Below, one piece after another: positions 1 to 9,003 of a DNA stretch of 64,000 nucleotides (within the stretch, counting starts at the first letter, position 1; each line of letters starts with the position of its first letter). Made by a program: the position numbers and the translations under genes. The DNA is taken from the NCBI GenBank assembly GCA_965246885.1, contig OZ251992.1, positions 2,816,001 to 2,880,000 of the forward strand, in the 5' to 3' direction. The stretch is from Abditibacterium sp. (lineage in GTDB: Bacteria > Armatimonadota > Abditibacteriia > Abditibacteriales > Abditibacteriaceae). The notes beneath the pieces are model-generated. The model did no database searches and was not told where the DNA came from. It worked only from the letters and a program-made list of their open reading frames with translations.

Positions 1-225
1 CCAGTCGTCCCACCGCGCCGTGTAGTAGGGGTTGGTGCCGCCGAAATGGGTGAGTTCCGTCCCACTCGATAGCCCGCAAAACAGCGTCTCGACGCGAAAC
101 TGGCCGGGATGGAGTGGCCCCTCGTCATAAGAGAAGATTTCCACTTGGCCGGGCCGCGCGAACCCGATATGCTCGACGCGCCACCCGTCATAAGGTTTGG
201 CGCTGGGGGGAAGTTCTTGTTGCAT
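1..225 (-). CDS. N-terminal part of a zinc-binding alcohol dehydrogenase-like (MDR) oxidoreductase, truncated by the window edge
   Basis: Manual translation from ATG at 225: MQQELPPSAKPYDGWRVEHIGFARPGQVEIFSYDEGPLHPGQFRVETLFCGLSSGTELTHFGGTNPYY..., open to base 1; 'V.T...G.S.GTE' is MDR/GroES-like. Confidence 0.6.
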   Translation of the reverse strand, partial: MQQELPPSAKPYDGWRVEHIGFARPGQVEIFSYDEGPLHPGQFRVETLFCGLSSGTELTHFGGTNPYYTARWDDW

Positions 226-269
226 GAGGGGAAGCCCTATGCAAATGGTTCGCCGCGCGGGGCCTCTTC

Positions 270-392
270 TCCTTCTCCCCAGCGACTGAAGTCGCGGGCA
301 ACCCACAGCGAAGTCGGCCTACGCCGACTACACGGCAGGAATTGAACTGGCTTGCGCCCGACGCGCCTTCAGTCGCTGGGCACAAGAAGGAG
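270..392. repeat. Palindromic REP/MITE-like element, family GCGACTGAAGTCGC (copy 1)
   Basis: CCCAGCGACTGAAG (278-291) pairs with CTTCAGTCGCTGGG (367-380); internal hairpin AGTCGGCCTACGCCGACT; homologous to 2604-2743. Confidence 0.8.
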
Positions 393-412
393 CGCCAATT
401 AAACTTCCCGCT

Positions 413-1447
413 ATGCTGAACCCCTTAATCATCCCTACGCCGTACGGGGAGATAGTCGCTGACCCGCCCATCGTGTTGGCGCCGATGGCGGGCATCACGT
501 CGGAGCCGTATCGCCGTTTGTGTCGGCGCTATGGGGCGGGGATGAGTTGGTCGGAGTTGGTGTCGTCGGCGGCGCTGGTGTTGGGCGGCGAAAAGTCGCA
601 GGAGCGGACGCGGCAGTTGGCGTATTTTTCGGAAGAGGAGCGGCCCGTCGCGGTGCAAATATTCGGCGCCGACCCGGACATGATGCGCGAAGCGGCGGCG
701 CGTATTGCGGCCTCGCGGCCCGACGCCATTGACATCAACATGGGGTGCAGCGTCGCCAAAATCGCCAAGTGCGGCGCGGGCTGTCTGCTGCTCAAGACGC
801 CGGAGTTGGCGGAGCGCATCATTGCGGCGACCGTCGAAGGAGCCGCGCAACACGGCGTGCCGGTCACGGTGAAGATGCGCGCGGGTTGGGATGAAACCAG
901 CATCACCGCGCCCGAAGTCGCGCGGCGAGCGCAGGACGTTGGCGCGGTCGCCGTCACGGTTCACCCGCGCACGGCGAAGCAGGCGTTCACCGGGCACTCG
1001 GATTGGTCGGTCATCCGCCGCGTCAAGGAAGCCGTGACCATTCCCGTCATCGGTTGCGGCGACGTGCATGACGGGCCGAGCGCGCTGGCGATGTTCGAGG
1101 AGACGGGCTGCGACGCTGTGATGATTGGCCGCGCGGCGATGGGCAACCCGTTCCTATTCGCCCAGATGGTAGCTTACTTGGAATCGGGAGCCGATGCAGT
1201 CGAGCCGAGCGTCGAGGAGAAAATAGCGACCGCGCGTTGGCACGCGCTGGAACTGACGGGGCTTAAAGGGGAGCACACCGCGATGCAGGAGATGCGCAAG
1301 CACGCCAGTTGGTACTCCAAGGGCATGCACGAATCGGCCCGCCTACGGGACAGGCTGTGCCGCATCAACACGCTGTCGGAGTTGGAAGCGCTGTGGGACG
1401 AAGCGCTCGAAGCGAACGCGCGCTACACGCCCGCTTTGCTATCTTGA
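413..1447 (+). CDS. dusB: tRNA-dihydrouridine synthase B
   Basis: LAPMAGIT, IDINMGC, VTVKMRAGWD, VHPRT, VMIGRAAMGNP motifs. Confidence 0.92.
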   Translation: MLNPLIIPTPYGEIVADPPIVLAPMAGITSEPYRRLCRRYGAGMSWSELVSSAALVLGGEKSQERTRQLAYFSEEERPVAVQIFGADPDMMREAAARIAASRPDAIDINMGCSVAKIAKCGAGCLLLKTPELAERIIAATVEGAAQHGVPVTVKMRAGWDETSITAPEVARRAQDVGAVAVTVHPRTAKQAFTGHSDWSVIRRVKEAVTIPVIGCGDVHDGPSALAMFEETGCDAVMIGRAAMGNPFLFAQMVAYLESGADAVEPSVEEKIATARWHALELTGLKGEHTAMQEMRKHASWYSKGMHESARLRDRLCRINTLSELEALWDEALEANARYTPALLS

Positions 1448-1471
1448 AGAATCGCCGTTTCCGGCCACATT

Positions 1472-2590
1472 ATGAATTCCAAGACCCCACTGCGCGTGTT
1501 TATCCTCGGCGCGGGCCACATTGCGCGCGACCATGCGCGCACGGCGCAGAAGATTGCGTCGCACGAGAACCTCGCGCTTGAACTGCACGTCGCCGACCCC
1601 TTCGAGGCGGCGCGCGCTTCCTTTGCGACGGACTTCCCGGAGGCGACGATGTACGCCAGCGCCGAGGAGATGCTCGCCTTACCCGCGCAAGCGGGCGACA
1701 TCGCGGTCGTGGCGACGCCGCCGTTTTTGCACCGCGCAGGCGCAGTTGCCGCGCTCGAATCGGGGCGCGATACGCTCGTCGAGAAGCCCATCGCGCCCAC
1801 GTTGGAAGATGCCCTCGCCATCCACGAAGCGGCCAAGCGCACTGGCAGGCTGTGGGGCGAATGTTCCATGCGCCTCTACGCCCAGCCCTCCACCCGCGAA
1901 CTGAAAGGCCGCATCGCGGCGGGCGAAATCGGGGTGCCCTACCACGTCCGCCACATCTACAAGGGCGGTTGGGGGCGCCCCGGCATCGAATATCAGCCCG
2001 CCTCGAAGTGGTTTCTCGACAAGGCCAAAGCGGGCGGCGGGATTCTGATGGACTGGGGCGTGTACGACCTTGCCAACCTCGTGTTTCTGCTCGAACCCGT
2101 CAAGATTGAGATCGTGCAAGCGTGGAAGCGCACCCCCGAAACGCCCGCCGACCCGACCGACGTGGTGTTTGATGTCGAAACCCACACGGGCGCCACGATG
2201 CGCTGGACGCTCGCGGACGGGGTTGTCGTCGTGGTGGATTACGAGCGCGCGTCGGGCACGCATGGCAAGGCGGAGCAACTCTCGGAAATCGAGGGCACGC
2301 GCGGCTCCTTCGAGTGGAACTGGGCGTGGAACTACGAGACCACCGGCGTCAAGCGCGCCTACGCCGATGGCAAAACCGCCGAGCAAGATTTGTCCTTCGT
2401 GGACGAAGCCGAGAAAGCGTGGGACATCTCGCAAGGAGAGCGCCCGCTCATCGCCTTCTACCGCGTCACGCGCGGGCACGACGTTCCGGCGCTCGTCGGC
2501 GAAGCGGCGCTGTTCAACTTCAAGGTCTTAATGGCCTTGTTCAAGGCCAGCGAAAGCGGGCGCAGTGTCGTGGTGGAACGCGGGGCGTGA
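1472..2590 (+). CDS. Gfo/Idh/MocA family oxidoreductase
   Basis: ILGAGHIA Rossmann start, ATPP..H, LVEKP, GGGILMDWGVY. Confidence 0.88.
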   Translation: MNSKTPLRVFILGAGHIARDHARTAQKIASHENLALELHVADPFEAARASFATDFPEATMYASAEEMLALPAQAGDIAVVATPPFLHRAGAVAALESGRDTLVEKPIAPTLEDALAIHEAAKRTGRLWGECSMRLYAQPSTRELKGRIAAGEIGVPYHVRHIYKGGWGRPGIEYQPASKWFLDKAKAGGGILMDWGVYDLANLVFLLEPVKIEIVQAWKRTPETPADPTDVVFDVETHTGATMRWTLADGVVVVVDYERASGTHGKAEQLSEIEGTRGSFEWNWAWNYETTGVKRAYADGKTAEQDLSFVDEAEKAWDISQGERPLIAFYRVTRGHDVPALVGEAALFNFKVLMALFKASESGRSVVVERGA

Positions 2591-2603
2591 TTGGTCTTTG
2601 ATG

Positions 2604-2743
2604 CCTGTTCCTCCTGTGCCGGGCGACTGAAGTCGCGGCAACACACAGCAAAGTCGGCCTTCGCCGACTGGAAGTGCAGCCTCCGCAGGGAGGCTTTGCC
2701 GTGAGTTGCCGCGACTTCAGTCGCCCGGCACAGGAGGAACAGG
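2604..2743. repeat. Palindromic REP/MITE-like element, family GCGACTGAAGTCGC (copy 2), perfect 39-bp terminal inverted repeat
   Basis: CCTGTTCCTCCTGTGCCGGGCGACTGAAGTCGCGGCAAC (2604-2642) is the exact reverse complement of 2705-2743; two internal hairpins; followed by 9-nt AGGAGGAAC-like units to about 2778. Confidence 0.9.
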
Positions 2744-3721
2744 AGGCATAGGAGGAACAGGCACAGAAGGAACAGAAGCCTCGGCATCCAACGACCCCAA
2801 TGCTACCCGCGCCGCGTTTTCTTCGGCCAGTTTCTTCGACTTTCCTTCGCCCTCGCCCCTGAACTCCTCGCCCAAAAACACGCGCGACTGGAACCACTGC
2901 ACTTTGGGCGCGGCTTGGGTGGTCTCGTAGCGGGGGATGCCCAGCCCCATCGCTTGCGTGCGTTCTTGCAAGCGGTTCTTGGCGGGGATGAGGGTGGCGG
3001 GGTCTTTGTCGAGTTCTTCGGAGAGGGCGGCGACCACCCAATCGCGTGTGGCCTCCCAACCGTTCGACAGAAAGATGGCGGCGACCAGCGCCTCGAAAGC
3101 ATCGCTCAGGTTGGAATGACGCTCGCGGCCCCCGGCCACATCCTCGCCGCGCCCGAACGTCAGATACTCGCCCAGTTGCAAGCGTTTGGCGGCGTCGGCG
3201 AGGGCGTCCTTGCGCACCGCCGAGATTTTGCGGTTGGTGAGGGCGCCTTCGGGCGAGTTCGGCTCGCGCCGAAAGAAATACTCCGCGCAAATCGCGCCCA
3301 CCAGCGAGTCGCCCAGAAACTCCAAGCGCTGGTTGGACAGAAGCGTCCGCTCAATGCCCTCCCCAACCGCCGAAGGATGCGTCATGGCGAGCGCGAGCAG
3401 TTCGTCGGTGACATGGGCGCCTAAACGAGCACGCAACTCCGCTAATGGACGGGTAAAAGTCGCGGGATGCGGCGGTTCGCCAGCCGTTGAGGACGACTTC
3501 TCAGCGACTGAGAAGTTCTTCTCAACCGTTGAGAAGCCGCCCCCAGTCGTCGGGAGGAAGTTCTCAGCCGTTGAGAAGGATGTCTCAGCCGCTGGCGGGG
3601 AGCCGTCAGTCGCTGAGAAGTCGCCGCCAACGACTGGCGGGTGCCCGCCAACGACTGACTGGCGCCCGTCAGCGACTGACGGGGTAGATTCGGCGGGCGC
3701 CGCGTCGCTTACTCGCTCCAT
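2717..3721 (-). CDS. rnc: Ribonuclease III with repeat-derived N- and C-terminal extensions
   Basis: NQRLEFLGDS signature, DAFEALVAAIFL, C-terminal dsRBD (PAKNRLQE...GEGKSKKLAEENAA); start codon overlaps the fabF end, exact start uncertain. Confidence 0.92.
   Translation of the reverse strand: MERVSDAAPAESTPSVADGRQSVVGGHPPVVGGDFSATDGSPPAAETSFSTAENFLPTTGGGFSTVEKNFSVAEKSSSTAGEPPHPATFTRPLAELRARLGAHVTDELLALAMTHPSAVGEGIERTLLSNQRLEFLGDSLVGAICAEYFFRREPNSPEGALTNRKISAVRKDALADAAKRLQLGEYLTFGRGEDVAGGRERHSNLSDAFEALVAAIFLSNGWEATRDWVVAALSEELDKDPATLIPAKNRLQERTQAMGLGIPRYETTQAAPKVQWFQSRVFLGEEFRGEGEGKSKKLAEENAARVALGSLDAEASVPSVPVPPMPPVPPVPGD
3480..3689. repeat. 21-nt-period degenerate tandem array A (10 units)
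   Basis: Units such as TCAGCGACTGAGAAGTTCTTC, TCAGCCGTTGAGAAGGATGTC, CCAACGACTGACTGGCGCCCG at exact 21-nt spacing. Confidence 0.88.
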
Positions 3722-4950
3722 TTCTTGAAAATCAGCGCGGCGTAGTGCCCGCCGAAGCCGGTCGCGTTGTTGAGGGCGACCGTGATATCCGCGCGGCGCG
3801 AAGCGTTGGGGACATAATCGAGGTCACATTCCGGGTCGGCGTTGAATTGGTTGATGGTGGGCGGCACGATGCCCGTTTCGAGGGCTTTGATGCACGCGAT
3901 GGACTCGACCGCGCTACCGCCGCCGAGCAAGTGACCGATTTGCGACTTGGTCGAGCTAACGGGGATTTTGTAAGCGCGTTCGCCGAAAACTTCCTTGAGG
4001 GCGCGCGTTTCAACGGGGTCGTTGGTGGGCGTCGAAGTGCCGTGCGCGTTGACGTAATCCACGTCGAGGTGCGAAATGCCAGATTTTTGAATCGCCAACT
4101 CCATCGCTTTCGCGTAGCCGCTCCCATCCTCGCGCATCCCGGTCATGTGATAAGCGTCGCCCGCCCATCCGTGACCGAGCATTTCGGCGTAAATCTTCGC
4201 GCCGCGCGCTCTGGCAGAACTCAGAGATTCGAGAATCAGCGTCCCGGCGCCCTCGCCCATCACGAAGCCGTCGCGGTCGCGGTCGAAGGGACGCGAGGCG
4301 GTCAGGTAGTCGTCGTTGCGGCGCGACAGGGCGCGCATGTTGCCGAACCCCGCGAGGCCGCAATTAGAAATCGGCGCTTCCGTGCCGCCCGCGATCATGG
4401 CGTCCGCTTCGCCGCGCGCCACGAAATCGAACGCGAGGCCGATGGCGTGCGCCGAACTGGTGCAAGCCGACACGACGGCGGTGTTCGGGCCGCGCGCACC
4501 GGTGCGAATCGAGACGTGCCCCGCCGCCATGTTGACGATCATCATCGGAATCAGAAACGCCGACACGCGGTCGGGGCCGCCCTTGAGGAACTTTTCGTGC
4601 TCGGTTTCCCACGTCCGCAGGCCGCCGACGCCGCAGCCGATGATGACGCCCACGCGGTCGCGGTTGGATTCGTCAATGACGAGGCGCGAGTCCGCCAGCG
4701 CCTCATCGGACGCGACCGACGCGAACTGCACGAAGCGATCCATGCGCTTGGCTTCGCGCTTTTCGATGTGGTTGTGGGGGTCGAACTCGGTAATTTCGCC
4801 CGCGAAGCGCACGACATGGGGCGCCGCGTCCACGAGCGTGACGGGCTTCACGCCGTTGCGCGCCTCGACCACGCCGCTCCAAAACGACGGCACGTCGAGG
4901 CCAATGGGCGTGACGGCCCCCAATCCAGTGACGACTACTCTTTCCATCAT
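3709..4950 (-). CDS. fabF: 3-oxoacyl-ACP synthase II
   Basis: RVVVTGLG, SACTS (catalytic Cys), NAHGTST, KSQIGHLLG, GFGG. Confidence 0.95.
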   Translation of the reverse strand: MMERVVVTGLGAVTPIGLDVPSFWSGVVEARNGVKPVTLVDAAPHVVRFAGEITEFDPHNHIEKREAKRMDRFVQFASVASDEALADSRLVIDESNRDRVGVIIGCGVGGLRTWETEHEKFLKGGPDRVSAFLIPMMIVNMAAGHVSIRTGARGPNTAVVSACTSSAHAIGLAFDFVARGEADAMIAGGTEAPISNCGLAGFGNMRALSRRNDDYLTASRPFDRDRDGFVMGEGAGTLILESLSSARARGAKIYAEMLGHGWAGDAYHMTGMREDGSGYAKAMELAIQKSGISHLDVDYVNAHGTSTPTNDPVETRALKEVFGERAYKIPVSSTKSQIGHLLGGGSAVESIACIKALETGIVPPTINQFNADPECDLDYVPNASRRADITVALNNATGFGGHYAALIFKKWSE

Positions 4951-4961
4951 TTAAAATGCGG

Positions 4962-5046
4962 AAGGCGGAAACCGGAACGCGGAAGAAGAGAGCCGAAGCG
5001 TTGGCCGCTTGCGTTTCTTCCTTTTCCGCGTTCCGGTTTCCGCCTT
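4962..5046. repeat. 23-bp perfect inverted repeat built from 7-nt units, between acpP and fabF
   Basis: AAGGCGGAAACCGGAACGCGGAA (4962-4984) and TTCCGCGTTCCGGTTTCCGCCTT (5024-5046). Confidence 0.85.
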
Positions 5047-5049
5047 GGG

Positions 5050-5289
5050 TTACGCTCCGGTTTTGCCTTCGATGTAAGTGACGGCATCGCCGACGGTGGC
5101 GATTTTCTCGGCGTCTTCGTCGGGGATTTCGATCTCGAACTCCTCTTCAAAGCGCATCACCAGTTCCACGACATCGAGCGAATCGGCGCCCAAATCTTCA
5201 ACGAAGCGGGCTTGATTGGTCACGATGCTCTCATCCGCCGACAGTTCGTCGGCCACAATTTCTTTGACTTTATCAGCAACAGCAGCCAT
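5050..5289 (-). CDS. acpP: Acyl carrier protein
   Basis: [29 protein letters not shown]; start taken at MAAVADKVK. Confidence 0.95.
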   Translation of the reverse strand: MAAVADKVKEIVADELSADESIVTNQARFVEDLGADSLDVVELVMRFEEEFEIEIPDEDAEKIATVGDAVTYIEGKTGA

Positions 5290-5385
5290 AATTTTTGGTT
5301 TTCTCCACCCACGCTCGCGGCCAGAGCCGCAATTTGTGTGCGCCTTTACTTTACCGTGCGGGCGCGACAAGTTCAACTCCCCCCG

Positions 5386-6123
5386 TCAATCCATCACCAA
5401 TCCTCCGTCCACATTGAACGTTTGGCCAGTAATGTAACGCGCCTTATCCGATGCCAAAAACAGTGCCAACTCCGCCACGTCCTCGGCCTGGCCCAGCGTT
5501 CCAAGCGGGATTAGTTCCAACAGCGCCGCTTTCGCTTCCTCGCTCATCTCATGCGTCATGTCAGTCACGATAAACCCCGGCGCGATGGCGTTCACCGTGA
5601 TGGCGCGCGAGCCGAACTCTTTCGCCAGCGACTTGGTTAGCCCTAAAAGTCCAGCTTTAGACGCCGCGTAGTTCGCCTGTCCCGCGTTGCCCATCTGCCC
5701 GATGACGCTCGAAATGTTAATAATGCGCCCACCCGCGTCGTTCTTGAGCATGGGCCGCGCCGCCGCTTTGGTGCAATAGAACGCGCCCGACAGGTTGACA
5801 TCCAGCACTTCGCGCCACTGCTCCAACTTCATGCGAATCAGCAAGTTATCGTGGGTGATTCCGGCGTTGTTGACCAGAATATCCAGCCCGCCCATCTCCT
5901 TGACCGCGTTCTTCACGCCAATTTCGACCGCTTCGGCGTCGGACACATCAAGCGCCAGCGCCAACGCCCGCCGCCCCAAGCCGCGTATCTCGTCGGCCAG
6001 TTCGTCCGGCGCCGTACGCGCCACCAAAATACAATCCGCGCCATTCTGGGCAAATTTCAAGGCGATAGCCCGCCCGATGCCGCGCCGTGCGCCAGTGATG
6101 AATGCAATTTTTCCTTCCAACAT
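5386..6123 (-). CDS. fabG: 3-oxoacyl-ACP reductase
   Basis: TGARRGIG, NNAGIT, YAASK, NAIAPGFI; position in the fab cluster. Confidence 0.93.
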   Translation of the reverse strand: MLEGKIAFITGARRGIGRAIALKFAQNGADCILVARTAPDELADEIRGLGRRALALALDVSDAEAVEIGVKNAVKEMGGLDILVNNAGITHDNLLIRMKLEQWREVLDVNLSGAFYCTKAAARPMLKNDAGGRIINISSVIGQMGNAGQANYAASKAGLLGLTKSLAKEFGSRAITVNAIAPGFIVTDMTHEMSEEAKAALLELIPLGTLGQAEDVAELALFLASDKARYITGQTFNVDGGLVMD

Positions 6124-6156
6124 TAGCAGCGCAGTTAATCAAATCCGCGCGGGCGC

Positions 6157-7044
6157 TCAGGCGTTTTCGGTCGCCACGCCCTTGTGGATCCGCTTGACCA
6201 AGCCCGTCAAAACGTTGCCCGGCCCCAATTCGACGAACTGGGCGGCGCCGTCGGCAATCATGGTTTCGATGGTTTGGCTCCATCGGACGGCTCCCGTCAT
6301 TTGGGGGATAAGCGCGGCTTGGAGGTCGGCGGCGGCGGTGGTGGCGCGGGCGGTGGTGTTCGGATAAAGCGGCTGGCGGGCGTTTTGGAAGGGGGCGGCT
6401 TGGATTAAGTCGGCCATCTCTTCGCCTGCCTGCGCCATAAGCGGCGAATGGAAGGCGCCCGATACGGGCAAGCGGACGGCGAGTTTGGCGCCGCTCGCTT
6501 TGGCGACTCGCATGGCGGCTTCGACGGCCTTTATCTCGCCCGACACGACGACTTGGCCGGGGGAATTGTAGTTCGCGGCGACGACGATGCCACTCGCTCC
6601 CGCTTCAGCAAGCACGGCGTCTAACCGTTCGTCGGGCAGGCCAATGAGCGCCGCCATTGCGCCCTGTGGGGCGACGCTCATCAATTCGGCGCGGCGCTTG
6701 ACTAAGCGGAGCGCGTCCTCGAACTCCAAGGCGCCCGCCGCGACCAAGGCCGTATACTCGCCGAGCGAGTGCCCCGCGACCATGTCAGCGGCGCGATTTT
6801 CTTCGCACGCGCGGAGGAAATGCAGGTAGCCGACCGTCAAAAGCGCGGGTTGGGCATAAAGCGTGTTTTTCAACTCCTCTTCGGGGCCGTTGAAACAAAG
6901 CGCGCGCAGGTCGTAGCCCAAAGTGGCATTGGCCAGCGACCAGACGGCATCGGCGACGCCGCCCAAACGGGCGGTAACTTCCTCGCCCATGCCGACCTTT
7001 TGCGAGCCTTGGCCGGGGAAAACGAAAGCGGTGAGTGGGTTCAT
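6157..7044 (-). CDS. fabD: Malonyl-CoA-ACP transacylase
   Basis: FPGQGSQ, GHSLGEY, VSGAFHS. Confidence 0.94.
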   Translation of the reverse strand: MNPLTAFVFPGQGSQKVGMGEEVTARLGGVADAVWSLANATLGYDLRALCFNGPEEELKNTLYAQPALLTVGYLHFLRACEENRAADMVAGHSLGEYTALVAAGALEFEDALRLVKRRAELMSVAPQGAMAALIGLPDERLDAVLAEAGASGIVVAANYNSPGQVVVSGEIKAVEAAMRVAKASGAKLAVRLPVSGAFHSPLMAQAGEEMADLIQAAPFQNARQPLYPNTTARATTAAADLQAALIPQMTGAVRWSQTIETMIADGAAQFVELGPGNVLTGLVKRIHKGVATENA

Positions 7045-7602
7045 TTACGGTTTGTGGGCGATGACGACGTAATGATATGGCCCGGCATCGCCGGTAGTTT
7101 GGACAGTGAATCCGGCGGCGCGTAGCCACTCGCGCGCGGTTTGCGGCTCGATGCGGCGGGTGTTGGGCGGGCCGGGCTGCGATTCCTCGTCGGCCCAGTT
7201 CCATTCGACAACGACGATGCGCCCGCCGCCCTTCAGGACGCGAAACGCTTCGCGCAGATGCAGTTCGGGCGATTCGCACTCGTGCAAGACGTTGGCGTGA
7301 AAGACAACGTCCACTTCGCCGTCGTCCAGTTCAAAAGTATTCTCGCCGCAGGGGAGGGTCAGGATGCGCTCGTGGTTGCCGCGCTTGGATTCGAGGATTT
7401 GCAGCATCGCGGGCACCTTGTCGAGCGCATACACCATGCCTCTGGGCCGCGCGGCGCGTTCAAGTTCAAAGGAAAACCAGCCCGTGCCGCAACCGATTTC
7501 GGCGATGCGCGCGCCCGCGCGGATGCCCGCCGCCGCCACGATGTCGGTCGGGTTGTTCCACTTAAGCCGCTCGCTGTTATCTAAAAATTCAACTGAGTTC
7601 AT
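7045..7602 (-). CDS. Class I SAM-dependent methyltransferase
   Basis: IAEIGCGTG motif I, VLHE, RVLKGGGRIVVVEW; start taken at MNSVEFL after repeat array B. Confidence 0.85.
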   Translation of the reverse strand: MNSVEFLDNSERLKWNNPTDIVAAAGIRAGARIAEIGCGTGWFSFELERAARPRGMVYALDKVPAMLQILESKRGNHERILTLPCGENTFELDDGEVDVVFHANVLHECESPELHLREAFRVLKGGGRIVVVEWNWADEESQPGPPNTRRIEPQTAREWLRAAGFTVQTTGDAGPYHYVVIAHKP

Positions 7603-7667
7603 AATGTCTGTCCCCACGTTTTGGACAACGGGCACTGGGGCGCGCGAGAAAGTGACGCGTCCGCCGC

Positions 7668-7793
7668 CCTGTGTCACTCATCGGCGCGCCTGTGTCGTCC
7701 GTCGGCGCGCCTGTGTCACTCATCGGCGCGCCTGTGTCACCCGTCGGCGCGGCCCCGTCACTCGTCGGCGCGCTTATGTAATCGAGTGGCAGA
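7668..7793. repeat. 21-nt-period tandem array B (5-6 units)
   Basis: CCTGTGTCACTCATCGGCGCG at 7668 and 7710; variants at 7689, 7731, 7752. Confidence 0.9.
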
Positions 7794-7800
7794 GAGAAGT

Positions 7801-8814
7801 TTATGCCCACCGCAACACGGCACTCGCCCACGTGAGTCCGGCGCCAAAGCCAACTAAAACCACCGTGTCGCCGCTTGCCATCCGGTTTTGCTCTTTAGCT
7901 TCGGAAAGCGCGATAGGAATAGTGGCGGCACTCGTATTGCCATACTTTTGCAAGTTGACGAAGACTTTGCTCATCGGTAGTTTCAACCGCTTGGCGGCGC
8001 TTTCAATGATGCGGATGTTCGCTTGATGGGGCACCAAGAGGTCTACATCGTCCCCGCTCAGGCCGCAACTTTCCAACGCGCGGATGGCGCTTTCACCCAT
8101 TTGTTCGACGGCGAATTTATACACTTCGCGCCCACTTTGGAATATCTTGGCGTTGTTGTGTTCGTCGGGCATCATGGCGCAGGTGAGCAATTTGCCGCCA
8201 CTGCCATCAGCGCCGAGGTCGAAACCGATCATGCCGAAATCGTCTTGTGTCGCGGACACAACGGCAGCCCCCGCGCCGTCTCCAAACAAGATGCAAGTGT
8301 TTCTATCCGTCCAATCCACGCGGCGCGACATGACTTCTCCGCCAATCACTAAAACATTCTTCATGGCGCCCGAAGCAATGAACTGCGACGCGATAATAAG
8401 TGCATACACGAAGCCGGAGCAGGCCGCTTCGAGGTCGAAGGCGCCGCAGCGCGCGCCCAAAGCGTTCTGCACTTGCGCGGCGGTGGAGGGAAACAGGTTG
8501 TCGGGCGTGCAGGTCGCCACGATAATCAGGTCAACATCCAAGGCGCTCAGTCCCGCGTCAAAAAGCGCGTTGCGCGCGGCATCGGTGCACAGGTCAACGA
8601 GGGTTTCGTCGTCGCGCACCAAGCGGCGCTCGCGGATGCCGGTGCGGTCAAAGATCCATTGGTCGCTGGTATCCACCATTTTTTCGAGGTCGGCGTTGCG
8701 AAGCACGCGGTCGGGGACGCGGTGACCCAGACCGGAAATTCCGGCCCGAACGGACGGTTTGAGCGCGACATGGCCGTTGGAGTGAGCGGCGGCGGCGGGA
8801 CTAAGAAGATTCAT
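7801..8814 (-). CDS. fabH: 3-oxoacyl-ACP synthase III
   Basis: AACSGF, LFGDGAGA, VPHQANIRI, YGNTSAA, GFGAGLTW. Confidence 0.95.
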   Translation of the reverse strand: MNLLSPAAAAHSNGHVALKPSVRAGISGLGHRVPDRVLRNADLEKMVDTSDQWIFDRTGIRERRLVRDDETLVDLCTDAARNALFDAGLSALDVDLIIVATCTPDNLFPSTAAQVQNALGARCGAFDLEAACSGFVYALIIASQFIASGAMKNVLVIGGEVMSRRVDWTDRNTCILFGDGAGAAVVSATQDDFGMIGFDLGADGSGGKLLTCAMMPDEHNNAKIFQSGREVYKFAVEQMGESAIRALESCGLSGDDVDLLVPHQANIRIIESAAKRLKLPMSKVFVNLQKYGNTSAATIPIALSEAKEQNRMASGDTVVLVGFGAGLTWASAVLRWA

Positions 8815-9003
8815 GCGACGCGCCGAGTATGGACACCCGCGCCCATAGGTGGCAAATGGACGCGCGTACGAAGAACTTTGTGTTAGGAGCGGCGCGCGAT
8901 AAAAGGTTTATCCGCACGACTTACCACCTTCTACTTGCGAACTTGCGGAGATTCTCTTAAAATCAAAGGCGTTCACAAAGAATAGTCCCAACGAACAAAC
9001 ACT

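Noticed and set aside
3745..5514. Long antisense ORFs (e.g. 589 aa here, 641 aa at 38074-39999, 541 aa at 10774-12399)
   Set aside because: Shadow frames opposite well-supported genes in high-GC DNA; no motifs.
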